A DNA stretch of 64,000 nucleotides from an uncultured virus (IMG/VR IMGVR_UViG_3300044640_002305) (lineage: Duplodnaviria; Heunggongvirae; Uroviricota; Caudoviricetes): IMG/VR virus record IMGVR_UViG_3300044640_002305. One strand, 5' to 3'. The position numbers were made by a program, and so were the translations under genes. Each line of letters opens with the position of its first letter. The first letter of the stretch is position 1. The notes below the pieces were generated by a model. It had not been told where the DNA came from. It made no database searches and saw only the letters and a list, made by a program, of their open reading frames with translations. Positions 19,484-28,419 of the stretch are shown here, one piece after another.

Positions 19484-19648
19484 TTAATTACGACTTCTTC
19501 TTTCTCTAAGTCTATTGAAATTTTCAGATAGGTTAGCTTTTCTATTTTTTCTAGCCTCTTCTAACATTTGTTCTTTTTTAACTCTTTTTACGATGTTCTC
19601 TAATAGAGTTACGAATTCTTCTTCATTGTATCTTAATACCTTTGCCAT
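19484..19648 (-). CDS. Small hypothetical protein
   Basis: Likely start is MAKVLRY at 19648; IVKRVKKE motif. Confidence 0.55.
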   Translation of the reverse strand: MAKVLRYNEEEFVTLLENIVKRVKKEQMLEEARKNRKANLSENFNRLRERRSRN

Positions 19649-19743
19649 TTTGTGTTTTTTTAATAATCGATTATTATTTATTAGATAAATATCTTCTGAG
19701 CATAAAAAAACCACCTAAATTTTAAGTGGTTTTAATTTTTTAA

Positions 19744-20070
19744 TTATTTAATTATAATTTTTCGTTCTAAGAGTCTCGATAAGGTCTTACTAACCAACTC
19801 ATTAACAGTTTCATATTCTTCCTCTTTAATCAAATAACCCTCCACTTCAACTTGTGGAACAAAGTCACTACCACCTTTTTCACTTAACATTTTCCACATA
19901 ACGTCGTTACCATCCATACCGATATTTTCAAAAACAAGACCTATTTTATCAATCTTACTTTTAAACTCTTCACACGCTGGACAACCATCTAATGCGTAAA
20001 CAATAACTTTTTTGTGACTGTTTTCTTGTATTTCTTCTATTAATCTTTTAACCTGTAAATTACTACTCAT
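19744..20070 (-). CDS. Glutaredoxin-like protein
   Basis: CPAC active site and FVPQV cis-Pro motif. Confidence 0.8.
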   Translation of the reverse strand: MSSNLQVKRLIEEIQENSHKKVIVYALDGCPACEEFKSKIDKIGLVFENIGMDGNDVMWKMLSEKGGSDFVPQVEVEGYLIKEEEYETVNELVSKTLSRLLERKIIIK

Positions 20071-20075
20071 GACAA

Positions 20076-20882
20076 TTATTTTTTCTTAAAAGTAACAAAT
20101 CTGTAATAATAATTAAAGCCTATCGTACTATTAGTTGTTCCATTAACTATTACTGAATGATTTTTAAAGAACCCACCTATACCTATTGAAAGTGCGTTAG
20201 TTGTTGGATTAGCAAATCCTTTTACATAACCACCACCTAACATAAGTCCAAAATTACGTGGTTGTGGTACATATGGTGATGTAATGTCTTCAGGTTTAAT
20301 AGCATTAACCTCCATTTTATCAACCTTTAACCATTCTGGTCCAATTAATCTACTATTCCATATACCTTTATCTGTTTCAGTTAAAATAATCTGTAAAGGT
20401 AATTTACCAAAAGTCCAGTCACCTTTATAGAAAGCTGTCTTCTTATGTACTGTACCATCCCAAGAAATAAACCAATCTTTGTCGTTAGGGTATTTTAATT
20501 TTAAATCAATTAAATTACTATCACTAGGATTAATTTTACCAAAACCTTCCGAAACTTGTCCTTCTAGTGTAATCAATGTATTATTAATCATTAAAAGTTT
20601 TTCATCACTTTTTTTGATTGTTTTATATAAATCTTTATTTTCTTCCTTTAATTGTTTAAGTAAATCTTTTTGGTCGTTGAAATTATTGACAAACTTAGAG
20701 TATTGCCCGTCTTTTTCTTTTATTAGTTTACTGTTTTTAACAATTTCTTTATTTGTTGCTCTAACTTGTTCATACAAGTCTTTTTCCATTTTAGTTTTTT
20801 CACATCTACTCATCATAAGTAAAATGATTAAAAACATAATACCACCAAATAAAATGGTGTCTTTTAAATTAATACCTTTCAT
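20076..20882 (-). CDS. Membrane-anchored coiled-coil protein (spanin/envelope candidate)
   Basis: N-terminal hydrophobic helix plus Cys, coiled coil, beta-rich aromatic C-terminus. Confidence 0.5.
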   Translation of the reverse strand: MKGINLKDTILFGGIMFLIILLMMSRCEKTKMEKDLYEQVRATNKEIVKNSKLIKEKDGQYSKFVNNFNDQKDLLKQLKEENKDLYKTIKKSDEKLLMINNTLITLEGQVSEGFGKINPSDSNLIDLKLKYPNDKDWFISWDGTVHKKTAFYKGDWTFGKLPLQIILTETDKGIWNSRLIGPEWLKVDKMEVNAIKPEDITSPYVPQPRNFGLMLGGGYVKGFANPTTNALSIGIGGFFKNHSVIVNGTTNSTIGFNYYYRFVTFKKK

Positions 20883-20884
20883 AA

Positions 20885-21436
20885 TTAAAATCCAAATCCT
20901 CCTGTTTCTTTACCTTCTGTACCTGCTTCTGTGGGTGCAGTTTCTACTGGTGTTTCTTCGGTTGTTTCTTCTGCTGAACCACCCGTTAATCTTGCTGACC
21001 ATTCATCACTCCATACATCATAATAACCTCTAAGTTTTTTAATAACTTCTAAAGTATCATCCGTTAATTGAATTGGTGCTGAAGTACCTCCATCTGTCAT
21101 TGATTGAATATAACAACCAATTTTTTCATCTAGTGAGTAGTTCCATTGAATCTTTTCTCTTACAAGATTTCCTGACCACTCAACGTTTTCTTTATGTACC
21201 TTAATTGGGTTAAATTTAACCAATTTAGATACAGTATCTTTAAACTTATTTTCTTCGTCTCTTTGTTCGTCAGGTTCAACTGTTTGTATATTAGTATTTT
21301 CCTCGTACTCTTTTAAAAGTCTTCTAAAACTAGAGTCTTTTAATGTAGATTTACCTACAGTAGATTCTGTTAGACCAATTTTTTGACCACTTTCTTGTAA
21401 TTTTCTAATTTTGTCTAAAAATTTTCTATCATCCAT
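20885..21436 (-). CDS. Hypothetical protein
   Basis: 183-aa ORF with acidic tail. Confidence 0.65.
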   Translation of the reverse strand: MDDRKFLDKIRKLQESGQKIGLTESTVGKSTLKDSSFRRLLKEYEENTNIQTVEPDEQRDEENKFKDTVSKLVKFNPIKVHKENVEWSGNLVREKIQWNYSLDEKIGCYIQSMTDGGTSAPIQLTDDTLEVIKKLRGYYDVWSDEWSARLTGGSAEETTEETPVETAPTEAGTEGKETGGFGF

Positions 21437-21437
21437 T

Positions 21438-22022
21438 TTATTTTATTTTTTCAAATTCAAAAGCCGGACTTACATCCGTTATATCCTTAAAGTAATTACT
21501 CCTAAAAGTTATTCCTTTAAATAAATCTATATTTTCATCATAAACATTATGACCAATAAATTTATTTTTAATATTATAGTTTTCACATAAATGATTTATT
21601 AAATAATTAAGGGAATCAAACTGTTTTTCGGTGTATTTTATCCAATATTTATAGTTCCTCCAATTCTTTTCTAATAAATCACTATTTTTACTATAAGTAT
21701 GCCCTAACCAGTCAACAAACACGTTCATATCGTTTAATTTTACCCAACCTTCGTTAACTAATACTATTGATATATTACATTTATCTTGTTCACAACCTAA
21801 AAAATCTGAATAGTATTTTGGGTCGTAATGTTTATAAATAGAACCATCCTTATCTATTGAGAAGGTGGCTGTTTTTTTATAACCACCATTTCTCCTATTA
21901 ATCCATGAATGGTAGTGACGCATATCTTTTCTACTATTATGACCAACTACTATTTGAGTTTTTTCGTAGGTTTGTTTGTAGTAATTATTTTCACCTAAAA
22001 GATATGATATTTCGTTAATCAT
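21438..22022 (-). CDS. N-acetylmuramoyl-L-alanine amidase-like protein
   Basis: IVVGH, F.IDKDGSIY, ISIVLVNEG, YTEKQ..SL..LI..L, IGHN, D.SPAF pattern. Confidence 0.7.
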   Translation of the reverse strand: MINEISYLLGENNYYKQTYEKTQIVVGHNSRKDMRHYHSWINRRNGGYKKTATFSIDKDGSIYKHYDPKYYSDFLGCEQDKCNISIVLVNEGWVKLNDMNVFVDWLGHTYSKNSDLLEKNWRNYKYWIKYTEKQFDSLNYLINHLCENYNIKNKFIGHNVYDENIDLFKGITFRSNYFKDITDVSPAFEFEKIK

Positions 22023-22981
22023 TAACCTAATCTATCGATAGTGTTATTTTTTTTGATTATTCTATTCCAACTTTTAGTTAATTCATCACCCAAAGTTTTT
22101 CCAGCTTTAATATCTGTTCCAACTTCAACTACTCTAGTGTCTCCTGTCATGGGAATAATTATTTCATCTTCAGGATTTTCTTCTTCAACTAACAATGGTT
22201 GTTCATCATCCTCCTCATTAATTTCTTCTAGTCTATATTCAGAATTAGCTAAAGTGGTAGGTTCAGATGAATCATCCTCTTCTGTTGTTTCAGGTAATTT
22301 ACTTTCTTCTCTTAATTCCTCAACTTTTGCCCAAACTTTTTTAACCTCTTTATTAAGAGTCTCATTTATTTCGATTAAAGCCTCTTCCTTTGTAGGTAAA
22401 TAAACCTCTTCTTGAAACAAGTTTTCATCTTCTTTTGGGGAATTGGTTTCTTCAATTTGTACTTGATTTACAGTAATTACCTCTTCATTTGGAGAAATCT
22501 CTTCCTTTTTTGGGGAATTAGATTTTTCATACTTAACAAAGAAATGTAGTGAGGTTAGTGATATAATAGGTAGTAATCCACCCTCTAAAAATGCCAACCA
22601 TCTTTTCATGGAAACAACATCGGTAGAATCTGAACCAATCATATCCCAAAGTGGACCCGTAAGTTCAACCCAAGATTTAAATAAAGAACCGTTTGCGTCA
22701 ATTTCTTTAAATGAGAAGAATATGTTACCAATCATTTGGATTAGTGTAATCAATCCAAACATAAACCAAACCCCACCTTTCATTTTATTTGTTGCTGCGA
22801 CCAAAGCTGTCATAGCACCTATTTCAATAGCGACTGATAAGTAAACTGCCCAACTAAATGGGTTAGTAATATCATACCAAGAAACAACGTGTGAAATAGA
22901 AATTCCTGCTACCAATATAATAGGTAACAAGAACATACTTCTGTTTGGGTTGTCCTTAACCCAATTAATTATTTTTCTCAT
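22022..22981 (-). CDS. Multi-TM membrane protein with acidic tail
   Basis: About four hydrophobic helices followed by an E-rich region. Confidence 0.7.
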   Translation of the reverse strand: MRKIINWVKDNPNRSMFLLPIILVAGISISHVVSWYDITNPFSWAVYLSVAIEIGAMTALVAATNKMKGGVWFMFGLITLIQMIGNIFFSFKEIDANGSLFKSWVELTGPLWDMIGSDSTDVVSMKRWLAFLEGGLLPIISLTSLHFFVKYEKSNSPKKEEISPNEEVITVNQVQIEETNSPKEDENLFQEEVYLPTKEEALIEINETLNKEVKKVWAKVEELREESKLPETTEEDDSSEPTTLANSEYRLEEINEEDDEQPLLVEEENPEDEIIIPMTGDTRVVEVGTDIKAGKTLGDELTKSWNRIIKKNNTIDRLG

Positions 22982-23307
22982 TTTTCTAGTTCTTTAATAT
23001 TTTTTTTCACAACCATATGGAGTTCCATTAATTGGTCACCCCTGTCTTTAGAAGAAATATAATTATCATAATTTCTATGGACTCTAATTTTTTCCATTCT
23101 AATTACTTCAGAAATATTATTAATAGTGTCTTTTTGTCCGTTAACAACAGAAGTTAAACTATCAATAACTCTTTCATTTTTAGTTTTAATTTTATCCAAC
23201 TTTCTTACCTCACCTGATTTAATACAAGAACGGAAAAAGAAGATAAATAATAATCCCGATAAAATGTAGATTTTATATTTTTTTACAAACTCAATAATTT
23301 TTTTCAT
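22978..23307 (-). CDS. Membrane-anchored coiled-coil protein
   Basis: N-terminal TM ending RSC, then a coiled coil. Confidence 0.6.
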   Translation of the reverse strand: MKKIIEFVKKYKIYILSGLLFIFFFRSCIKSGEVRKLDKIKTKNERVIDSLTSVVNGQKDTINNISEVIRMEKIRVHRNYDNYISSKDRGDQLMELHMVVKKNIKELEK

Positions 23308-23366
23308 AGCCTTTTTATTTTTAATTTTAATTAATTTTATTTTAAAAGTATATCGTTTAATACTTA

Positions 23367-23380
23367 TATAAATATTTATA
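23367..23380. promoter_or_regulatory. Palindromic TATAAATATTTATA, candidate bidirectional phage late promoter
   Basis: Perfect 14-bp palindrome giving ATATTTAT on both strands between divergent genes. Confidence 0.45.
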
Positions 23381-23384
23381 AAAT

Positions 23385-23780
23385 ATGAATATTAAATCTT
23401 TAATAAAAGAAACTATCTTAAGGGAAGAAAAATTTCATGAGTTAAGTAGTGAAATTACTTTTACTTTTGACTTATATCATGATACAGGTGGTCATACAGC
23501 ACAAAGAAAATGGAGACACGGGAGTGGTGAAAAAATATATGATTATGACATTATTAACCTACTTGAGGATGCTAAAGATGAAATAATTTATAGTATTATA
23601 GATAATGAAATAAGACCTAATAGAAGATTTATAGTTTCAAGAGAAGGTGGTGATAATTTAAATGTTATTATTAATCCTGAAAAATTAGAAACAAATCATT
23701 GGAATCTGGTCACAATCACCGTGATGAAAAAACCTGATTTTACTGTAAGTGCTGGACAATTACAAATATTTGTTCCATAA
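23385..23780 (+). CDS. Hypothetical protein with IKETILREE leader
   Basis: 131 aa; HTAQR...ITVM pattern loosely reminiscent of RelE/BECR-like folds (weak). Confidence 0.65.
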   Translation: MNIKSLIKETILREEKFHELSSEITFTFDLYHDTGGHTAQRKWRHGSGEKIYDYDIINLLEDAKDEIIYSIIDNEIRPNRRFIVSREGGDNLNVIINPEKLETNHWNLVTITVMKKPDFTVSAGQLQIFVP

Positions 23781-23781
23781 T

Positions 23782-23814
23782 AAAAAAAACCACAACATTA
23801 ATGGTGGTTTTTTT
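23782..23814. terminator. Bidirectional intrinsic terminator
   Basis: A-tract, ACCAC...GTGGT stem, T-tract between convergent genes. Confidence 0.75.
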
Positions 23815-23819
23815 ATATT

Positions 23820-24311
23820 TTAATCATACAACCTTATTTCTATTCCTTGTTCATATAAAACATTATTAATGTAATCAACATTGTCCATTGTTACAACAGT
23901 AATACTCTCATCACTGCCCCTATACGCAACAACATCTTTACCACCTCCTGCGGCAGAAAGAGATAGATACCTTTGTACAAACACAACTGTTTTGTCATAA
24001 GTAAAAGCACTACTAGAAGGTGTAAAAGCACTAGTTAATGTCCCATAATATATACCTGCATCGATATACTCCCAAGTTATAACACCTAAAGTATTCTCTA
24101 ATACCCTAGCTGTCGGAGCAATACCAACACCACCCTGATTTAATAAAGCCGTATAAACTTTATAAGGTTGGCTAACTCCTATGTTACTTAAACCAGAACC
24201 ATCACCATAATATGTTGTGGCTGATAAAGAATTAGTTACCGTTAAATCTCCACTAATTGTTTGTCCAGATAATAGACCGTCGTTATTATTAATAATGTAT
24301 TGTGTAGACAT
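23820..24311 (-). CDS. Small fibre/decoration-like protein
   Basis: YYGDGSGL motif; N-terminus paralogous to 25127-25549. Confidence 0.55.
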   Translation of the reverse strand: MSTQYIINNNDGLLSGQTISGDLTVTNSLSATTYYGDGSGLSNIGVSQPYKVYTALLNQGGVGIAPTARVLENTLGVITWEYIDAGIYYGTLTSAFTPSSSAFTYDKTVVFVQRYLSLSAAGGGKDVVAYRGSDESITVVTMDNVDYINNVLYEQGIEIRLYD

Positions 24312-24334
24312 AATTTTCTTTTTATTAATAAATT

Positions 24335-25081
24335 TTATGCTGCTGTTACAGTCAATGCACCACCATTCGATACTGTTACTCTATATCTAGTACCATTAGA
24401 AGATTGTAATATTATACCAAAACCAACTGATGTCACTTCTAGTTCTGGTACATAAACTGTGTTTGATGTTGACCCTGTAATATTATTACCACCTATAATA
24501 GCACTATTTGTAGCTGTATTAGTTAAAATATTACTTGTACCACCCAAAACGGCTCCAGCAATAGCATCAACAGTACCAGAATTACAATGAATAAATGAAG
24601 ATGTATTACTAGCAATAGTAGCAGAACCACTCGCGTGTGAGTAATCACCTCCCGCTGTTGTTTGGTATCCTTGTGAATGTGAATAATTTCCCGATGCTAT
24701 TGTAGTTTTACCTTCAGCGTGTGAAGAAGTACCTGAAGCTACACTATCCTCCCCTTCAGCGTGTGAAGAAGCACCAGAAGCTATAGTTTGTTCCCCTTCA
24801 GCGTGTGCGTTATTTCCTGAAGCTAAAGTTTGTGAACCCTCAGTGTGTGATGATTGTGTTGTTGCTGAAGTTTGATACCCCTCAGCATGTGAACCAAAAT
24901 TTCCTGAAGCTAAAGTTTGCCATCCTTCAGCATGTGAACCAGAACCTGTTGCTGTAACAGAACTTCCTATAGCTGAAGAACTACCACCTGTAGCTACTGA
25001 TGATGAATATCTAAACGGAACACTTATTGATATACTTGGGTCTCCAGCTGAATTTATTGTATTTACATTAATTTGACTCAT
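24335..25081 (-). CDS. Trimeric autotransporter head (YadA/Hep-Hag)-like repeat fibre protein
   Basis: About eight 14-aa ASG..SHAEG..T repeats. Confidence 0.75.
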   Translation of the reverse strand: MSQINVNTINSAGDPSISISVPFRYSSSVATGGSSSAIGSSVTATGSGSHAEGWQTLASGNFGSHAEGYQTSATTQSSHTEGSQTLASGNNAHAEGEQTIASGASSHAEGEDSVASGTSSHAEGKTTIASGNYSHSQGYQTTAGGDYSHASGSATIASNTSSFIHCNSGTVDAIAGAVLGGTSNILTNTATNSAIIGGNNITGSTSNTVYVPELEVTSVGFGIILQSSNGTRYRVTVSNGGALTVTAA

Positions 25082-25126
25082 TTTGTTTTTTTTTATTTTA
25101 TTATTATTTTATTATTATTTTATATA

Positions 25127-25549
25127 TTAGATTACTGATAATGTTGTTCCAGATGGTACTGTAACAGAAAAACCTGGGTCAACTGTTAAAGGTGTTGGAT
25201 AAGTTACTGTTGAATTATAAGGTAAAACTACATTTTGATTTATAGTTGAGGGTGCCGGTGATGTTACTGTAAACCCTAAATCGGTATAAGTAAGACCAAC
25301 TACCCCAGCTAACTGAGAACCGTCCCCAATAAAATAATTGGCGTAAATTGTGTCAGCTGATAAACCACTTGTAAACTCAGTAGGTCCTGTTACAGTACCA
25401 CCAGTAAAAGAACCACTAACACCAATTAAACCAGAACCATCACCATAAAAGGTTGCTCCTGATATTATGTTAGTCACTAATAAATCACCCGTTATTATTT
25501 GTTCTGATAATAAACTGTCGGCGTTGTCGATAATATACTTTACACTCAT
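25127..25549 (-). CDS. Small fibre/decoration-like protein
   Basis: Two F.GDGS.L motifs; C-terminal LTV..G..VTVPSGTTL. Confidence 0.55.
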   Translation of the reverse strand: MSVKYIIDNADSLLSEQIITGDLLVTNIISGATFYGDGSGLIGVSGSFTGGTVTGPTEFTSGLSADTIYANYFIGDGSQLAGVVGLTYTDLGFTVTSPAPSTINQNVVLPYNSTVTYPTPLTVDPGFSVTVPSGTTLSVI

Positions 25550-25602
25550 TTACTTTTTTATTAATAAATATGCAAGAATAAAGTATAAAAAAAATTTTAT
25601 GC

Positions 25603-25682
25603 AAAAAAAAACCACGGTGTTCTGACCGTGGCTGTTCTTAATGTATTCTGACAATAAGAACATTTAATTTATTTCCTTATCT
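25603..25682 (-). ncRNA. Candidate small RNA with twin hairpins (CAGAAY loops)
   Basis: TATATTTG at 25689-25696, hairpins at 25633-25662 and 25612-25631, then U9. Confidence 0.5.
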
Positions 25683-25707
25683 ATAATACAAATATAAGGG
25701 TATTATT

Positions 25708-26433
25708 TTAATTAGCAATAAATTTAGGCAAATAATTTTCAATAAATTCTTTCATACCCTCAGTGGCAGGTTTTTCAATATAATTAACATCTCTAAACAT
25801 ACCATCTAGTTCACCTTTAGGAGGGTTGGGGTCGATGCAAACAACGTCTATCACCCCCATATTAGGGTTATGTAAATCTTTACAAGACCTCAATAGACCA
25901 AGTGTATAACTTATAAATAATGTGGTGCCAATAACTAATAAAACATCACAATTTCTAAGAGCTATTACAGATTCATTTATATTATTGGGGTACTCATTAA
26001 ACCAAACAATGTGTGGTCTTAATTGTGAACCGTCTTCATGTTTGTCACCAATATTAGTTGGTTTATAACCAACATCAATAACTTTCTTATGGTTTAAACT
26101 ACTCTGTGCTTTAGTTAACTCACCATGTAAATGTAAGATGTTTGTAGAACCCCCACGTTCATGTAAATTATCTACATTTTGTGTGATAACGGTTACCTCA
26201 TGTTCTTTTTCTAATTCAGCAATAAGTTTATGTGCCTCATTGGGTTCGACACCAAGTAACTGTTGCCTTCTTTTGTTGTAAAAATCCAATACTCTTTCTC
26301 TGTCTTTTCTCCAACCTTCAGGTGTGGCAACAGCTTCAACATCTTCATTTTCCCATGTACCACCAGCATCTCTGAATGTATCAATACCTGATTCCTTAGA
26401 AACTCCTGCCCCTGTAAAAACAACTATTTTCAT
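25708..26433 (-). CDS. cobB: NAD-dependent deacylase (Sir2/CobB family)
   Basis: TGAGVS.ESGI.TFR, TQNVDNLHE, LHLHGEL, RPHIVWF. Confidence 0.92.
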   Translation of the reverse strand: MKIVVFTGAGVSKESGIDTFRDAGGTWENEDVEAVATPEGWRKDRERVLDFYNKRRQQLLGVEPNEAHKLIAELEKEHEVTVITQNVDNLHERGGSTNILHLHGELTKAQSSLNHKKVIDVGYKPTNIGDKHEDGSQLRPHIVWFNEYPNNINESVIALRNCDVLLVIGTTLFISYTLGLLRSCKDLHNPNMGVIDVVCIDPNPPKGELDGMFRDVNYIEKPATEGMKEFIENYLPKFIAN

Positions 26434-27248
26434 TACTTTTGTACAAATTCAAAAAGATTTTCACTATTATTCTTCAACTTTCTTAAAGCCTTTTCTTTAA
26501 TCTGACGAATACGTTCTTTTGTAAGACCAAACTCATCACCAATTTGTTCAAGAGTTAAAGCACCACCATCAACACCAAAATACATGTCAACAATTTTTCT
26601 TTCTCTATCACTTAAAATTGATAAAGTTTTTTCCAATTCGTTTTTTAAGATTTCATCAGACATAGTGTCCTCGTCAGGTCTAGCAAATGTTAAATCAGGA
26701 ATTAAGTCCATAATCTCATCACCTTCTTCATTTATTTTATCATTCAATGAAGTACATGTAGGGTGATTTAGTACAGATAAATCCATCTCACCGTTGATTG
26801 GCATTCTTTGATTTTCTTGTTCGAAGACAGCAATCTCTTTTTTAATTTTTGATAACTGGTTTGTGATATTAACAGGAAGTCTTACTGTTCTTGAATTTTC
26901 ACACAAAGATTGTAGAATCGATTGCTTAACCCACCAAACAGCATAAGAAATAAACCTAAAACCTCTTGTATGGTCAAATTTACCTGCAGCTTTTATCAAT
27001 CCGTAGTTACCTTCAGAAATCAAATCTACCAAAGGAATCCCTTGTCCTTGATATTCTTTAGCTATTGAGATAACAAATCTAAGATTAGCTTTAACCAATT
27101 TATCTAATGCCCTTTTGTCCCCCTCAGCAATTTTTTTAGCTAACTCCAACTCTTCTTCGGGTGTTACCAAATCAATCTTTCTAACCTCTTTTAAATAGTT
27201 AGAAATAGAGTCCTCTGTTGTGTCAATGTAACGTTTGTATGATACCAT
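26433..27248 (-). CDS. RNA polymerase sigma-70 factor (RpoD/SigA-like)
   Basis: ANLRFVISIAKEY, DLISEGN.GL, RFISYAVWW, TLEQIG..FGLTKERIRQI. Confidence 0.95.
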   Translation of the reverse strand: MVSYKRYIDTTEDSISNYLKEVRKIDLVTPEEELELAKKIAEGDKRALDKLVKANLRFVISIAKEYQGQGIPLVDLISEGNYGLIKAAGKFDHTRGFRFISYAVWWVKQSILQSLCENSRTVRLPVNITNQLSKIKKEIAVFEQENQRMPINGEMDLSVLNHPTCTSLNDKINEEGDEIMDLIPDLTFARPDEDTMSDEILKNELEKTLSILSDRERKIVDMYFGVDGGALTLEQIGDEFGLTKERIRQIKEKALRKLKNNSENLFEFVQK

Positions 27249-27252
27249 ATAT

Positions 27253-27675
27253 TTATTTTGTTTTTTTACCGAATATTAAATCACTGTTTTTAGTTCTAGA
27301 ACTAACTATTTCTTTTTTGGTTGTCTCTTTAACTACCTTTTCTTTTGTTTTTTTAGGTTTCTCTACTTTTTTATCTTCAGCCATTTCTTTCTCAATAGCT
27401 CTTTTTTTGATGAGGTAGAAATCACCATTCAAAGTATAAGGACAATCTTTTAAATTGTTTTTTAATGATTGTAAATAAGCTTTACGTTTATCTAAAGAAA
27501 CACCTTTTAAGTCGTCTAACTCACTCTCAATTTTGTCTATTTCATGTGATAACGCGTCAGACCAAAGTCTAACTGAACTAGTTATTAGTTCATTGGGCAC
27601 ATTAGCGCCGTGCCAATCTACCCGTTCACCCGTTTTTAATATCTTAGTGTATTTTTCCCTATCCATTAAATACAA
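27253..27675 (-). CDS. Hypothetical protein
   Basis: 140-aa ORF; TATCTTTG element at its 5' end. Confidence 0.65.
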   Translation of the reverse strand: MYLMDREKYTKILKTGERVDWHGANVPNELITSSVRLWSDALSHEIDKIESELDDLKGVSLDKRKAYLQSLKNNLKDCPYTLNGDFYLIKKRAIEKEMAEDKKVEKPKKTKEKVVKETTKKEIVSSRTKNSDLIFGKKTK

Positions 27676-27684
27676 AGATAATAA

Positions 27685-27879
27685 TTATTTAATCGATTCC
27701 AAATAAAATTTTCTTAAATTTTGACCCAAGTCGTAATCGTTAGGGTATTTTTTGATTAATTTTTCAATCTCACTGAGAGTAGAAACACAATTATTGTTAA
27801 CCTCATTTTTGAAAACTACGTCTTTTACTTGACGTAATTTATTCATTTCATTTTTTAATTCCTTACTTTCCATATTCAT
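27685..27879 (-). CDS. Hypothetical protein
   Basis: 64 aa with YPNDYDLG motif. Confidence 0.6.
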   Translation of the reverse strand: MNMESKELKNEMNKLRQVKDVVFKNEVNNNCVSTLSEIEKLIKKYPNDYDLGQNLRKFYLESIK

Positions 27880-27889
27880 AATTTTTTTA

Positions 27890-27921
27890 CAAATATAATG
27901 AATACTTTTTTAAAAATCAAA
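27890..27921 (-). promoter_or_regulatory. Bacteroidota-type sigma-A promoter
   Basis: TTTG-N20-TATATTTG upstream of the ATG at 27879. Confidence 0.6.
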
Positions 27922-27924
27922 AAA

Positions 27925-28374
27925 TTAAGAACTTTTTTCTAAAATTTCAATTTCACTCTCTGTCAAACAGCCTCTATCATAGTTGTTTCTACTAAGTTTA
28001 TCCAAAATATCATCAACATTATTGTATTCCTCAACCTCAACCTTTTTCTTACCTTTTCTTCTAGTTTTGACTTTAGGTTCACCTGTAAGTTCGTTTAACG
28101 TTTTTTCAATCTCAGGAAACAAACCCTTTAGATATTTCGTTGGTAGACTTATAGCACTATGTGAGGGGTCAGATATCTCAAACAATAAAAAAGCTGGTAT
28201 ATGAACTAAGTTTTCGTATATCTCTATAGTATTATAAACACTATAAAAAGTACCCATAAATATACCGTTACCATCGACATAATTAACACCATCCTCACCG
28301 TTAGCTATGTTGTTTAAATCTTCCTCAATTCCTTTATAGGAACCTAGGATAACAATCATATATCTTGCATCCAT
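27925..28374 (-). CDS. Hypothetical protein
   Basis: 149 aa; C-terminal VDDILDK...LTESE..IL motif. Confidence 0.7.
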   Translation of the reverse strand: MDARYMIVILGSYKGIEEDLNNIANGEDGVNYVDGNGIFMGTFYSVYNTIEIYENLVHIPAFLLFEISDPSHSAISLPTKYLKGLFPEIEKTLNELTGEPKVKTRRKGKKKVEVEEYNNVDDILDKLSRNNYDRGCLTESEIEILEKSS

Positions 28375-28419
28375 AACTTCTTTTATTTATAAATATATAC
28401 CAACAAAGATACTAAAAAA

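Noticed and set aside
24600..24960. 42-bp periodic DNA repeats as a CRISPR array
   Set aside because: They are the coding SHAEG repeats inside an open frame, varying at synonymous positions.
25708..26433. Sir2 as a Thoeris/DSR-type defence NADase
   Set aside because: Motifs and length match a stand-alone CobB-type deacylase, with no partner domains or genes.
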